Origin: Escherichia phage vB_EcoS-phiEc3
Sequence record: NC_073323.1
Strand: one strand, 5' to 3'
DNA: 45,288 nt
Shown here: one piece after another, positions 17,199-27,307 of the stretch
Layout of the letters: the number at the start of each line of letters is the position of its first letter
Numbering within the stretch: the stretch's first letter is position 1
Notes under the pieces: generated by a model
What the model was told of the DNA's origin: nothing
The model's input: only the letters and a program-made list of their open reading frames with translations
The model's database searches: none
Made by a program: the position numbers and the translations under genes

Positions 17199-18616
17199 TG
17201 AGCGACTTATACTTTCCACGTAGCCTTAAGCCGGTGGTATCAAAAGGCTACTCAATGACCAGACGTAACAACGTCTGGAGTGTAGATTTAGCCGGTGGCG
17301 GGGTGCGTCAGGGCCGTGACACGTATTACGACGTGTTCCCTGTTAGCGTAACCCTGATTACATCCGCAATGGGGCGGCAGGCGTTTCTGTCGTTCCTCGA
17401 GAAAGTCGATGGTGGCGCGTCAAGTTTCTGGATGGCGCACGACTTCGGCATGGGTATTGAGGATTATCAGGTAACCATCACGTCCACTATAGCGGAGTCC
17501 ACCGAAGACGGGATTAACTGGACAATTACCTTCACGGCAACCGCCGAGAAATCGCCGTTCCAGGACCTTGAGAACCAGTGTCTGATTAACAATCTGCCAG
17601 ATTTGTATGGCTGTTATGGTGATTGCCTGGGCAGTTTCCTGAAAATATACGCGAACTATGAAACGACGTTCCCGCGTATCTGGAGTGACGAAGGCCCCGC
17701 CGGTTATCCGCCGATTAACCTTCTGGCGTCCGCGCTGGATAGCCGCATTGTTTATGAGGGGCCACAGGTTTACTACATCAACCGAAATGGCAATCTTGTG
17801 CGGTCAGCCGCCAATGAATGGCCTCTTACGTTTATCGATGGGGTTGCGGTTGGGCGTGTGCCGCCAGAAGGCGGTTCTATTAACTACCAGATAGGTGGAT
17901 TAGGTATTGGGTGGGTAAGTAGTTTCAACCGTATACCCCTAACATCAACAGAGGACAGTGTATACCAAGGCAACCTGGCGGGCGCAGTCACCCCAACAAC
18001 AGAAAATAACAGCCATTTCTTGTATGCCAAATCGCTAGGGGATTCAGTAATAGATGTTGGGGAAACATATACTGCTACGGTAATTCTTAAGGCGAATGGT
18101 GTCCAGTTTATTCAGGTTTATTGGAACGCAGGTAGCACAGGGATTTCATCGCACTACTCTAACTTCGACCTTATTAATAAAGCTGTATCAGGCACGGCGA
18201 CATCGGCTTTCATAACTGAAATATCCGATGGGTGGGTTCTATGCTCAACTACCACAATCGCGACGGGGGACGGTTCTTCGCTATCCTCCATATCGGTGGC
18301 AAGCATACCGTCTATGGCGTCTACCAGACTCCCGTCTTACGCATCGGATGGAGAATCTTCTTTTTCAGTTGCGTCCGCTCAGGTTGAAAAAAACCCATTC
18401 GCCACGTCACCAATAGTAACTGACGCATCACCATCCGCACGCCAAACGGCGTCAGCAAAGGTAGTAATGAGCGGAGCCGCAAGTATTGACATCACCTATT
18501 CCGACGGCACTGTGGTAAACGTTCCGTCTGTAGATGATTACGCGACTATCCCTCAGGCCGATTCTGCGTGGGGTAGTAAATATATCACTCGTATTGATTT
18601 TAATGTGGACGGTTAA
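17198..18616 (+). CDS. Minor tail protein (gpM-like N-terminal domain, long C-terminal extension)
   Basis: N-terminal pattern GYS...YSVTL...FLSFLE resembles lambda M; ATG overlaps tape measure stop. Confidence 0.55.
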   Translation: MSDLYFPRSLKPVVSKGYSMTRRNNVWSVDLAGGGVRQGRDTYYDVFPVSVTLITSAMGRQAFLSFLEKVDGGASSFWMAHDFGMGIEDYQVTITSTIAESTEDGINWTITFTATAEKSPFQDLENQCLINNLPDLYGCYGDCLGSFLKIYANYETTFPRIWSDEGPAGYPPINLLASALDSRIVYEGPQVYYINRNGNLVRSAANEWPLTFIDGVAVGRVPPEGGSINYQIGGLGIGWVSSFNRIPLTSTEDSVYQGNLAGAVTPTTENNSHFLYAKSLGDSVIDVGETYTATVILKANGVQFIQVYWNAGSTGISSHYSNFDLINKAVSGTATSAFITEISDGWVLCSTTTIATGDGSSLSSISVASIPSMASTRLPSYASDGESSFSVASAQVEKNPFATSPIVTDASPSARQTASAKVVMSGAASIDITYSDGTVVNVPSVDDYATIPQADSAWGSKYITRIDFNVDG

Positions 18617-18619
18617 CTT

Positions 18620-19135
18620 ATGAGTCAGGAATCAGTAGAAGCAGCCTACCGCCGTAAGCTGGCCTCAAACCCCGACGGCGAGATTGACTACACGACGCTG
18701 GAGATAGTGCATCCGCTTCTTTCGAAGCGGTATTTACTTGTGCGCGGGCTACAGGAACTTACGGCAACACTGGAGACAGGCGAAACTATCACATTCGAAC
18801 CTACCCCGATGGAGGCGTCGGGGGCGGCTAACAACAGTGATATGGACCAGACGACAACATTCACTCTGCCGGATATTCTCAATCAACTGGATGATGAGAT
18901 GGATAAAATCCCGATGAGTAATACCGAGTTACCGAAGTTCATATTCCGCCGTTACGTCAGCACTGACCTGTCTTACCCGGCTGACGGCCCTGTCGTGTAC
19001 GAGTTACAGGCCATTAATCAGGAGAAGGGCGAGTTCTCCGCAGATGTCGGTACACCTATGCTGAACCAACGAAGCACTGGTATACTGATGACACCTAAAG
19101 AGATACCGTTATTACGCGGCCTGTTGACCACATGA
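18620..19135 (+). CDS. Minor tail protein (gpL-like)
   Basis: Position and size within lambda-like tip cluster. Confidence 0.5.
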   Translation: MSQESVEAAYRRKLASNPDGEIDYTTLEIVHPLLSKRYLLVRGLQELTATLETGETITFEPTPMEASGAANNSDMDQTTTFTLPDILNQLDDEMDKIPMSNTELPKFIFRRYVSTDLSYPADGPVVYELQAINQEKGEFSADVGTPMLNQRSTGILMTPKEIPLLRGLLTT

Positions 19136-19497
19136 ATATTAACGACTACACGGGAATACCTTACGACTTTCGCAAACGTAATTGCTGGCATCACGTGCGC
19201 ATTGTCCGCGCGGATGCCGGGTTAGAAACCCCAGCGTTCGACGTTGCAAGCCCAACGGCGATTAACGAAGCGTTTGACGAAGGGCATCGCAACACGAAGG
19301 GGCTTACAAAAATTGATAAGCCTGAAAACTTCTGTGCGGTGCTTATGGGGTATCGCCGCGGCGGTCGTATCGTGTGGCACGCAGGAGTTTACTTCGACGG
19401 GATGGTGAGCCATTGCGAGCTTGCTTCCCGTCAGGTACGGCTTGACAGGCTGGCGGATCTCAGAGACACGTACACGGAGATTGAATTTTGGCGATAA
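19132..19497 (+). CDS. Tail assembly protein with NlpC/P60-like Cys-His motifs (gpK-like)
   Basis: NCWHHV and WHAGVY motifs, position between L-like and tip protein. Confidence 0.55.
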   Translation: MNINDYTGIPYDFRKRNCWHHVRIVRADAGLETPAFDVASPTAINEAFDEGHRNTKGLTKIDKPENFCAVLMGYRRGGRIVWHAGVYFDGMVSHCELASRQVRLDRLADLRDTYTEIEFWR

Positions 19498-22055
19498 TCC
19501 TGCACTACACGCGAAACGCTGATGGCGCTTTCAACCGTACAAAACACGTCGGGATGCCGATGGAGTTTGTCGTTAACCGTATCCCGGACGGCGTTCCGGT
19601 ACGCGTCTATCTTGGCGAGATTGGTGATGATACTGATGTTACAGACGACTTCGACGCGCTCAAAGACGAGGACGCCGTGTACCACATTATTGAGGGCGCT
19701 GGCGGCGGCATTGGCGACGCCATCGGGAGTGTATTCAGTTTCATCCTTAAGCCAATCGCCAAATTGTTCGGGCTAAACACAGCGGCTAACGCTAATTATT
19801 CCGCTACCAACAATCAGGCTACGTCGCCTAACAACAGTCTCACCGACCGCTCAAACAAGCCACGACCTTATGAGCGTTCCTATGATATCTGCGGGACAGT
19901 GCAGACCATCCCCAATGACCTGATGCAGACATATAAGGTGTTTAATGCCGCGGGGGCGCTTATTGAATACGCGTACTACGACGCCGGTCGTGGGTATCTA
20001 CATATTGAGGAAGACGGTGTAACGGAGGCGGATACCCGAATCAGCGAGATAACTGGCTCGTCGGTGACGGTGTATCCCCCTTATACTTCGCCAAATAATA
20101 CCAGCACCCCACAATTGCATATCGGCGACCCTATAGACCAGAAATTGTACGTTACATTTAAAAACGCCGATGTCGATGGCGCTGTTCTTCCCGCACCTAA
20201 TGACATCGCTATAGACGTGCAGGACTACACTGTCCAGCGGCAGGGAACAACAGGTGTTGTAATAGGCGATGACGCTGGTTTCGATGAGTTTTTGGCGGTC
20301 GGGGACCTGGCATACTTCGATAACGTATATGCAGATACAACCCCAGGGTCTTTGGGTAATGAGGTTAACCTGGACGGGAGGTACACGGTTCTTTCTGTTA
20401 GTGAAACGACCCTTATTGTGGACGTCAGTACAAATCAATCAATATGGAACCAGCTAGGGACGTCTGTGTGGTTTATAGGTGAAGAGGGCAACCATCTTAT
20501 AGGCCCGGCGGATACTTACGCGGCTTCCCTCTCTGAATGGGCGTACATTACCCGCGGAACCGTCGACCGTGTTGTAGCCAATGTGGCTGCCAGCAACGGC
20601 ATGTACAAATACAACGGCGACTATAACCGCGCTTCAGTGACAGTCGAACTGCAATACCAGATGGTAGATGAATTGAAACAGCCTGTAGGTGACATATTTA
20701 CCGTACGAGGAACCGTAACAGGCCGGAACACGGATTACACAGGGATTACTCTTTACGGAAGTTTACCAACTGCTTCCAGATTCCGCGCCCGTATGCGTCG
20801 TGTTTCGGACACCGATAAAGATTTTGAAGGTACTGTTAGCGACGAGGTTACTTTCACTAATCTGTATGGGCAGTCGCTGGACACAACCCCCCACTACGGC
20901 AACCGTACTACCGTACACTGCGCCCGTAAACAAACCCCACGTGCAGCCGAGGTGTCCGAACCGGAACTGCGCATGATTGCAACCGAGATGTGCTACAAAT
21001 ACTTAGGTAACGGCGTATTCGATACGGTAATGACACCGAACACTCAGGCCGTGCAGTCGCTAATCAGGCTGGCGCGTGACCCTGTGGTGGGTAATCTGGA
21101 ACTGACAACGGCAAATATGGACAAGTTACTTGCCGTGCAGGAAGAAATTGAGTCGTATTTTGGCAGTGAATTAGCCGGGCAGTTCTGCTACACGTTCGAC
21201 GACTACGACACCACGATGCAGGACATCGTTCAGACCATCGCGGAAGCCGTTTTCTGTACTGCGTACCGTAAAGGTGCGGATATTATGCTGCGATTTGATC
21301 GTCCGGTTGCGGGGCCCGAAATGGTGTTCACCCACCGCAGCAAAACTACTGGTACAGAGAAATGGACGCGCACGTTCAACGATTCGACAACCTATGATAG
21401 CCTGTCGTTCTCATACATCGACCCGGATACTAACGTACAGGAAACGATTTATATCCCGGAAGAACTCGGAGCAAACACCGAGGAATATGAATCGAAGGGC
21501 GTACGTAACTATCAGCAGGCATATTGGCTGGCGTGGCGTCGCTACCAGCGCAACGCGTTAAGTAAAGTTGTCGTAGAGTTCGAAGCTACCGAAGAGGGTG
21601 CACTCGCTACACCGGGTGGTGTAATCAGCGTGGTTAAAGGTTCACGTATCGCGCCTCAGGATGGTTATGTTGTTGCCGTTAATGGGCTTACGCTGACACT
21701 GTCGCAACCTGTTACGTTTACCCCCGGCGATGACCACTCCATCATCCTCAAGAAGCGCGATGGCTCCGTGCAGAGTATTTCTGTTATCAAAGGAAGCCAC
21801 GACCGCGAGGTGATTATGCTCTCCGCGCCGGAGGAGGCAATCTACACGGGGAATAGCGCACTAAAAACTGAGTTTTCATTCGGCAACGAAGCAAGGCATA
21901 ATGCTCAGAAGATAGTTGTTTCTTCAATCGACCCCGGCGACGACCGCACGGTCAAGATTACTGGTTACAACTATGACGACGGATTCTATAAATACGACGG
22001 CGTCGCGCAACACGGCAGCAGCTTCTCCGACGGATTCAGCAATGGTTTTAATTAA
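19488..22055 (+). CDS. Tail tip / host specificity protein (gpI-J-like)
   Basis: 855 aa; N-terminus resembles gpI (GGGIGDAIGSVFSFILKPIAK); TTG start overlapping upstream gene. Confidence 0.6.
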   Translation: MAIILHYTRNADGAFNRTKHVGMPMEFVVNRIPDGVPVRVYLGEIGDDTDVTDDFDALKDEDAVYHIIEGAGGGIGDAIGSVFSFILKPIAKLFGLNTAANANYSATNNQATSPNNSLTDRSNKPRPYERSYDICGTVQTIPNDLMQTYKVFNAAGALIEYAYYDAGRGYLHIEEDGVTEADTRISEITGSSVTVYPPYTSPNNTSTPQLHIGDPIDQKLYVTFKNADVDGAVLPAPNDIAIDVQDYTVQRQGTTGVVIGDDAGFDEFLAVGDLAYFDNVYADTTPGSLGNEVNLDGRYTVLSVSETTLIVDVSTNQSIWNQLGTSVWFIGEEGNHLIGPADTYAASLSEWAYITRGTVDRVVANVAASNGMYKYNGDYNRASVTVELQYQMVDELKQPVGDIFTVRGTVTGRNTDYTGITLYGSLPTASRFRARMRRVSDTDKDFEGTVSDEVTFTNLYGQSLDTTPHYGNRTTVHCARKQTPRAAEVSEPELRMIATEMCYKYLGNGVFDTVMTPNTQAVQSLIRLARDPVVGNLELTTANMDKLLAVQEEIESYFGSELAGQFCYTFDDYDTTMQDIVQTIAEAVFCTAYRKGADIMLRFDRPVAGPEMVFTHRSKTTGTEKWTRTFNDSTTYDSLSFSYIDPDTNVQETIYIPEELGANTEEYESKGVRNYQQAYWLAWRRYQRNALSKVVVEFEATEEGALATPGGVISVVKGSRIAPQDGYVVAVNGLTLTLSQPVTFTPGDDHSIILKKRDGSVQSISVIKGSHDREVIMLSAPEEAIYTGNSALKTEFSFGNEARHNAQKIVVSSIDPGDDRTVKITGYNYDDGFYKYDGVAQHGSSFSDGFSNGFN

Positions 22056-22067
22056 AGAGGACTCTAT

Positions 22068-24053
22068 ATGTCAAGCGGATGCGGTGACGTTTTAAGCCTG
22101 GCGGATTTACAGACCGCCAAGAAACATCAGATTTTCGAGGCCGAGGTTATCACTGGCAAATCCGGCGGTGTAGCTACGGGTGCAGACATTGATTACGCAA
22201 CAAATCAGGTTACCGGGCAGACGCAGAAGACGCTTCCTGCCGTGTTGCGCGACGCGGGTTTTTCTCCGGTGTCATGGGATTTCTCCACAGGCGGCACGTT
22301 AACCGTTAACGACCGGGACAAGGTGGTGTATGACCCTGTTAGCGAAACATGGTACTCGTACGCAGGTACGTTACCAGTTGTTGTCCCTGCATCGTTTAAT
22401 CCAGTCGGTAACGCTAACTGGAAGCCGCAGACAGACCCAAATTTGCGTAATGATTTGGCGTCAAGTACCGCCGGTTTGGGGGCTTCACTGGTGTCTTTTT
22501 CCAACGGTAACACCGTTGAAACATTATCTGACGCGGAAGGTGCCAAGAACATAGGCAGTGGCGAAAGGAGTTTGCTTGCACGTAACAATGATATTAAGCA
22601 TTCTGGCGACTTTTCTACCCTTCAAGCCGCGGTAGATGCGTCGTTAACTAAAAACGACTTAATTGTTTCTCCGGGTGAGTATACAGAAGCAATCACTCTG
22701 GGTAGTAAGCAGATAAAAGGTGTAGGTGGTGCTGCAATATTAAAACCATCGGCAAACTATGCAAATACTGTACAGGTTAATTTATCCACCCCGCACTGGC
22801 AGTTTCGACACAGCGGTGGTTTTGCCGTAGATGGTACAGGTACAACTGGGGCCGTAGGTATTAGTTTTGACCCGTCAGACCAATATTCCGGACGTCATAA
22901 TTTTAGTGATTTATACATCCACAACATCAACAAGGCCATTCAGAAGCCTTCCGGGAACATCGGCAATACGTGGAGAAGTATTGGGGTATCTACGTGTGAT
23001 TGGGGGTATTACGCGATTAGTGGCTCAGAGATGCATTGCGGGGCCGATACCCTCTACAATATCCACTTCGACGGCATCTCCACCTATGCCGTCTACCTAA
23101 ACGGTACTGTCGATAACGGTGGGATAGGCGGATGGTGGCTTAAAGACTCCATTATTGAGGCTTCCGGAGGCGGCGGGATATACTTAAAAAGCAAATCGGG
23201 TGACTGTCCTACATCTCCATGCGGGGTATCCAATGTATGGATGGAAGCTATTGCAACATCATCGGCTGTTCAGGTAGATGGCGTGGCGCAAAAACCGCGA
23301 GTTCTCAAGTTGGTAGACACCGCGATATTCTTTGCTGAGTATTCTTATCTCAACAACATCGAGCTATCCAACTCCAACTTAGTAACTTATGGTTGCCGTT
23401 TTGACAACGCTGATGGTAATCAGGATATTGTAGTGGATGCACAAAGCACCATTGTAGCCCACGATGTGTATTTAAACGGCAGTTCTGGAAAGGACGTTAT
23501 TGTAGAGTCTGTCGCGTCGCAATCCGCAACGGTAGCCACTACAAACTTGTCTCTACGAGGAAATTTAACAAGGGGACGAGTGTTTAATACGCCGACGGGG
23601 AATAAGTTAAAAGCTATCACATTTGACTCAGGTAGCCATAATTTTTCTGGTAGCGGTACCGTTAACGGTTCGACTGTATCTGACGGACTTCACGCCGCTA
23701 CATGTACCGAATTTTCATTCCCTGGGTCCGGTTTATATGAAATGGTAGCGTCAAGAACGACACTTACATCCGGTAGATGGTACGTGTGGGGCGTCAACTC
23801 TCGCCTCCAATCAGGAACAGCAGATGTGAGTATAACGTTAGGTATTACTATGGGTAGCGTTTATACTAAGTCTGGTGAGTGGATTAGCACATTTGGGGTG
23901 GGTAAAGCTTCCGCTAACGGTACTGTAGGTCTGTACGTCTCTACTGGGGGAGGTTCAGGTGCTGTTATCAGATTTAGTGACTTCTTCATCGCTGAGTTTA
24001 CGACGCAGGCTCAGGCTTTAGCTTTCGCTAACTCCCGAATGTCGTTGGCTTAA
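22068..24053 (+). CDS. Tailspike / tail fibre with predicted beta-helical receptor-binding or depolymerase domain
   Basis: 661 aa, last structural gene, Gly/Ser/Thr/Asn-rich repeats, followed by terminator. Confidence 0.55.
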   Translation: MSSGCGDVLSLADLQTAKKHQIFEAEVITGKSGGVATGADIDYATNQVTGQTQKTLPAVLRDAGFSPVSWDFSTGGTLTVNDRDKVVYDPVSETWYSYAGTLPVVVPASFNPVGNANWKPQTDPNLRNDLASSTAGLGASLVSFSNGNTVETLSDAEGAKNIGSGERSLLARNNDIKHSGDFSTLQAAVDASLTKNDLIVSPGEYTEAITLGSKQIKGVGGAAILKPSANYANTVQVNLSTPHWQFRHSGGFAVDGTGTTGAVGISFDPSDQYSGRHNFSDLYIHNINKAIQKPSGNIGNTWRSIGVSTCDWGYYAISGSEMHCGADTLYNIHFDGISTYAVYLNGTVDNGGIGGWWLKDSIIEASGGGGIYLKSKSGDCPTSPCGVSNVWMEAIATSSAVQVDGVAQKPRVLKLVDTAIFFAEYSYLNNIELSNSNLVTYGCRFDNADGNQDIVVDAQSTIVAHDVYLNGSSGKDVIVESVASQSATVATTNLSLRGNLTRGRVFNTPTGNKLKAITFDSGSHNFSGSGTVNGSTVSDGLHAATCTEFSFPGSGLYEMVASRTTLTSGRWYVWGVNSRLQSGTADVSITLGITMGSVYTKSGEWISTFGVGKASANGTVGLYVSTGGGSGAVIRFSDFFIAEFTTQAQALAFANSRMSLA

Positions 24054-24056
24054 AAC

Positions 24057-24082
24057 TAAGGCCCCAAACGGGGCCTTTTCTC
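24057..24082. terminator. Bidirectional intrinsic terminator (GGCCCC-AAAC-GGGGCC then TTTT)
   Basis: Between convergent structural and replication modules. Confidence 0.7.
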
Positions 24083-24219
24083 TACTCTTCTGATAACTTC
24101 TCCAGTACAAACGCCAGTTGCGCATTAGCGGCGTCTCTTTGCTGACGTAGCCGCAGAACCTCTTCTTCGAGTTCCTTGATACGTTTTTGCAATGCCGGAA
24201 TTGGGGCTATGATGTTCAT
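24082..24219 (-). CDS. Small coiled-coil protein, 45 aa
   Basis: ATG overlapping upstream TGA (ATGA), RBS GAGGAAA; heptad-like KELEEEVLRLRQQ; below track cutoff. Confidence 0.35.
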   Translation of the reverse strand: MNIIAPIPALQKRIKELEEEVLRLRQQRDAANAQLAFVLEKLSEE

Positions 24220-24731
24220 CTGGTAAATTTCCTCGCAAGATACGTTATTTCTTCTTCACAAAGTTCATCAAGGTCGTTAGATACAAATCCTCTGGTGAAT
24301 GTTTTGCTGAACTTTAATCCAGCTTTATCACTGTCACCGGCGCACACCCATTCATACGGCAAAAGTGACATTTGCTGCCGTAAGTCAGCTGGTATGTTCG
24401 ACCCCAATGCGCTAACTGCATTAAACCCGCAATTCATCAAAGCAACAGCTTTAAATATGCTTTCGGTAACAAATACCACCCCGCTACTTGGCAAATACTC
24501 AAGTCCCCATAAACACGGCCTTGTTGTTCGGGTAAAGTACCGCGCGTCTTTAGGGTTTTTACAGTTCTTTTCAGCATGCGGCTTGTAATGCTGGTATCCT
24601 CGTAGCCTGCCGTCAAAACCCCACAAGTAGAATGTAGCAACGCCAGGGGCTAAGACTACCTGGAGACGGTCTGCGTCAAAACCTCGTGACAGCAGATGCG
24701 CCTTAAGTAGAAACTCTTCGAAATCCATCAT
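24216..24731 (-). CDS. TOPRIM-domain protein (primase/nuclease-like)
   Basis: Conserved Glu in VFVTESIFKA and DxD in AGDSDKAG. Confidence 0.5.
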   Translation of the reverse strand: MMDFEEFLLKAHLLSRGFDADRLQVVLAPGVATFYLWGFDGRLRGYQHYKPHAEKNCKNPKDARYFTRTTRPCLWGLEYLPSSGVVFVTESIFKAVALMNCGFNAVSALGSNIPADLRQQMSLLPYEWVCAGDSDKAGLKFSKTFTRGFVSNDLDELCEEEITYLARKFTR

Positions 24732-26152
24732 TTCTTACTCCTACGTTTCATATAATTAAGTAGTTCATCCTGTACAGACCTTTTCTCGTCTGTACGCGCC
24801 GCAACAACCTCGTCCAGAGTGTCTTTAGCAACGATGTGATAAAGGAACACCGGGCGCTCGTGACCCGCCTGTTTCTGGCGGACTGGGCCTATGCGCTCAA
24901 CAACCTGCAAATAGTGCTCAAGGTTCCAGCCTTGCGAGATGAACGCCAGATGATGACCCCCGTCCTGTAAATTCAAACCATGCCCGGCTGACGCAGGATG
25001 CACGCATAAAATCTCGATTTCCCCACGGTTCCACGCTTCCATCTGCTTGTTCCCCCTAGCGCCTTTGGCGAACGCCTGTGCCTGTGGGAATCGCTTAAGG
25101 ATACGCTCCAGTTCGTGTTTAAACTGATAGGCTACCAGCAACGGCGCACCCTGCAACTCCTCAACAATCGACTCGAGCGCATCCAGTTTCGTGTCGTGCA
25201 CTTTCTCCCAGTCTTTGGTCGCTTCGCCGTCTGGCCCGGATACATATACAGCACCAGATGCAATCTGCAAGCACTTTGAGGTCTTCGCCGCAGCGTTAGC
25301 CGCTTCAACTTCCCCGCTCTCCAGTTCTGCGAATAACTTCTCCTCCATATCTATGTACGCCTGACGCGCTTTCTTCGGCAGGTCTATTTCAACCGGCACG
25401 ATAACAGGCGCTTCACAACCGAACCACTCGGCAGGGTCTATGGTCAGGCTGATGTCTTTCATCTTCTGATGAATCTCATTATCCGCACCCGGTCGTGCAT
25501 GATACTCGCGGGCCATAGCCGATTTACCTTTCTGTACCGAGTTAAACCAGCGGTCGGTGAATGCTGTGTACGAAGAGCCGAGGCGCTCGCCAGCGTCGAT
25601 AAACCAGTTCTGACCCCACAAGTCTTTGAGGCCGTTTGGTGACGGTGTGCCTGTCAGGTTGATGAAACGCTTAACCTTTCCGAACGCAACCTTGCTGAGC
25701 GCCTTTGCCCGCTTGCTACCACCCGAACGGCTGCGGAACGATTTAAGCTTCGTGCTTTCATCGGCAACGATAACCGTAAAAGGCCAGTCGTCTTTGCCGT
25801 AGTAGTCAATTAGCCACTCGATAACTTCGTAGTTAGTGCACACCACGTTAGCATCTGACTCCAGCGCTGCGATGCGGCGCTTCTCCGAACCAGTTGCATC
25901 TACGACACGCAGACAAGGGAATTGCCATTTCTCTTGTTCAGCAGGCCACGTACCGGACGCAACACGTAACGGGGCAAGGATTAACACGCGGTCCTCTTCC
26001 GTAAGCTGCCCGTTGCGGAACAGGCGGTTGAGCACCCACATAGTGGAGGAGGTTTTACCTCCCCCCATTCCGCACCAGATATTACAGCGCGGGTGTTGCA
26101 GCATGAACGAGGTCATGAGCTTCTGGTACTCGCGTCTTTGAAACTTACTCAT
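24728..26152 (-). CDS. SF2 helicase (DEAD/DEAH-like)
   Basis: Walker A GMGGGKTSS, motif II DESTK, 474 aa. Confidence 0.7.
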   Translation of the reverse strand: MSKFQRREYQKLMTSFMLQHPRCNIWCGMGGGKTSSTMWVLNRLFRNGQLTEEDRVLILAPLRVASGTWPAEQEKWQFPCLRVVDATGSEKRRIAALESDANVVCTNYEVIEWLIDYYGKDDWPFTVIVADESTKLKSFRSRSGGSKRAKALSKVAFGKVKRFINLTGTPSPNGLKDLWGQNWFIDAGERLGSSYTAFTDRWFNSVQKGKSAMAREYHARPGADNEIHQKMKDISLTIDPAEWFGCEAPVIVPVEIDLPKKARQAYIDMEEKLFAELESGEVEAANAAAKTSKCLQIASGAVYVSGPDGEATKDWEKVHDTKLDALESIVEELQGAPLLVAYQFKHELERILKRFPQAQAFAKGARGNKQMEAWNRGEIEILCVHPASAGHGLNLQDGGHHLAFISQGWNLEHYLQVVERIGPVRQKQAGHERPVFLYHIVAKDTLDEVVAARTDEKRSVQDELLNYMKRRSKK

Positions 26153-27089
26153 TTACCGCCCCCATGAATGCCTTTATAAATTCAGCGGCTACTTGCGGGA
26201 CGATGGCATTGCCGTAACCGCGCAATCGTCCCACTCTGGCGGGTATCCCATTAGCCAGCGGGAATGCGCCGGGTTCAACTGGCCGGAATTTTCCATCCCG
26301 GCAGCCGAGCCAGTCAGCATCTGACCAGAAGCCGTGATGCGAATTGGTTGCGTTATCGCCGCTGCTTGTGCCACGTCTTGAGGTCCACCCTTCCTCTGAA
26401 TCTCCGATAGTGCCCCCTCTAGTGTTCTCACGTTCTTTTCCCCGTCCGCACTGCGAGGAGTAGGCCAATTCGTCAGTTTTAGCCCCTGTTCCGTTGAGTA
26501 GTCCAGCCTGTCGAATGTTCTGTCCTTCCCGTCCTTGCGGATAACAGTCTCTCCGCTCCCTTTGTAATCGTTCGCGGTCGGTGTCGGCCAATTCGTGCGC
26601 ACCAAAGAAGAGTCGTTCTCTTTTGTGCGGAGCGCCGACGCTACAAGCTGGGAGTACGGCAAACCCGACGGCGTAGTCTTCTCCTTCCAGGTGAGTTTGT
26701 AAATCGCACATCCACGATTTTGCAATTGCTGGCGCAACCTGCTCCCCAAAGAGGACTGGAGGGTGGCACTCGCTGATGAGGTCAAGGAATACGGGCGCGA
26801 GGTGTCTCGGGTCGAACTGTCCGAGTTGCTTTCCTGCCGTGCTAAACGGTTGGCAAGGCGGGCTTCCCGTCCAGAGAGGCGTATCTTCCGGAACTCCCGC
26901 AAGTCTGAGCGCGAGAGGCCAGCCGCCGATACCAGCGAAAAAATGACACTGGGTGAATCCGTCGAGGTCTTCTGGCTTAACTTCAGTAATGCTTCTTTCA
27001 TCTACAACTCCAAAAGGTATGTGACCCTGTTTTATTAATTCACGCAGCCACGCGGCTGCGCCTTTATCCCATTCGTTGTAATAGTTCAT
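26145..27089 (-). CDS. DNA (cytosine-5)-methyltransferase with apparent frame discontinuity
   Basis: Motifs I FAGIGG, IV PCQPFS, VIII PHKRERLFF and X YGNAIVPQV in this frame; motif IX and TRD-like repeats lie in overlapping frame 26189-27001. Confidence 0.6.
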   Translation of the reverse strand: MNYYNEWDKGAAAWLRELIKQGHIPFGVVDERSITEVKPEDLDGFTQCHFFAGIGGWPLALRLAGVPEDTPLWTGSPPCQPFSTAGKQLGQFDPRHLAPVFLDLISECHPPVLFGEQVAPAIAKSWMCDLQTHLEGEDYAVGFAVLPACSVGAPHKRERLFFGAHELADTDRERLQRERRDCYPQGREGQNIRQAGLLNGTGAKTDELAYSSQCGRGKERENTRGGTIGDSEEGWTSRRGTSSGDNATNSHHGFWSDADWLGCRDGKFRPVEPGAFPLANGIPARVGRLRGYGNAIVPQVAAEFIKAFMGAVNE

Positions 27090-27277
27090 TTTGCCACCAG
27101 AACTAACTCTTTACGCCCGAACGCCGTAACGTTACCGGTTACATCTTCGATAACCAGTTTACCGTTCGACTCGACGTACACCGTATCAACGGCAACAGGC
27201 CGACGGGTCTTAACGTTGAAAATCATGTCGCCAGGTACGATGTCACGTGCTGGTTTGCGGTCATATTCGTGTTTCAT
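27086..27277 (-). CDS. Hypothetical protein, 63 aa
   Basis: ATG with AAGGAA RBS, downstream of promoter at 27311-27339. Confidence 0.5.
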   Translation of the reverse strand: MKHEYDRKPARDIVPGDMIFNVKTRRPVAVDTVYVESNGKLVIEDVTGNVTAFGRKELVLVAK

Positions 27278-27307
27278 TTCTCAATTCCTTATATTGTTGG
27301 TGTAGGA

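Noticed and set aside
26189-27001. Frame B ORF as an independent second gene overlapping the methyltransferase
   Set aside because: Its N-terminal 130 aa are Ser/Arg-rich junk and there is no RBS; more likely part of the same methyltransferase reading frame problem than a separate gene.
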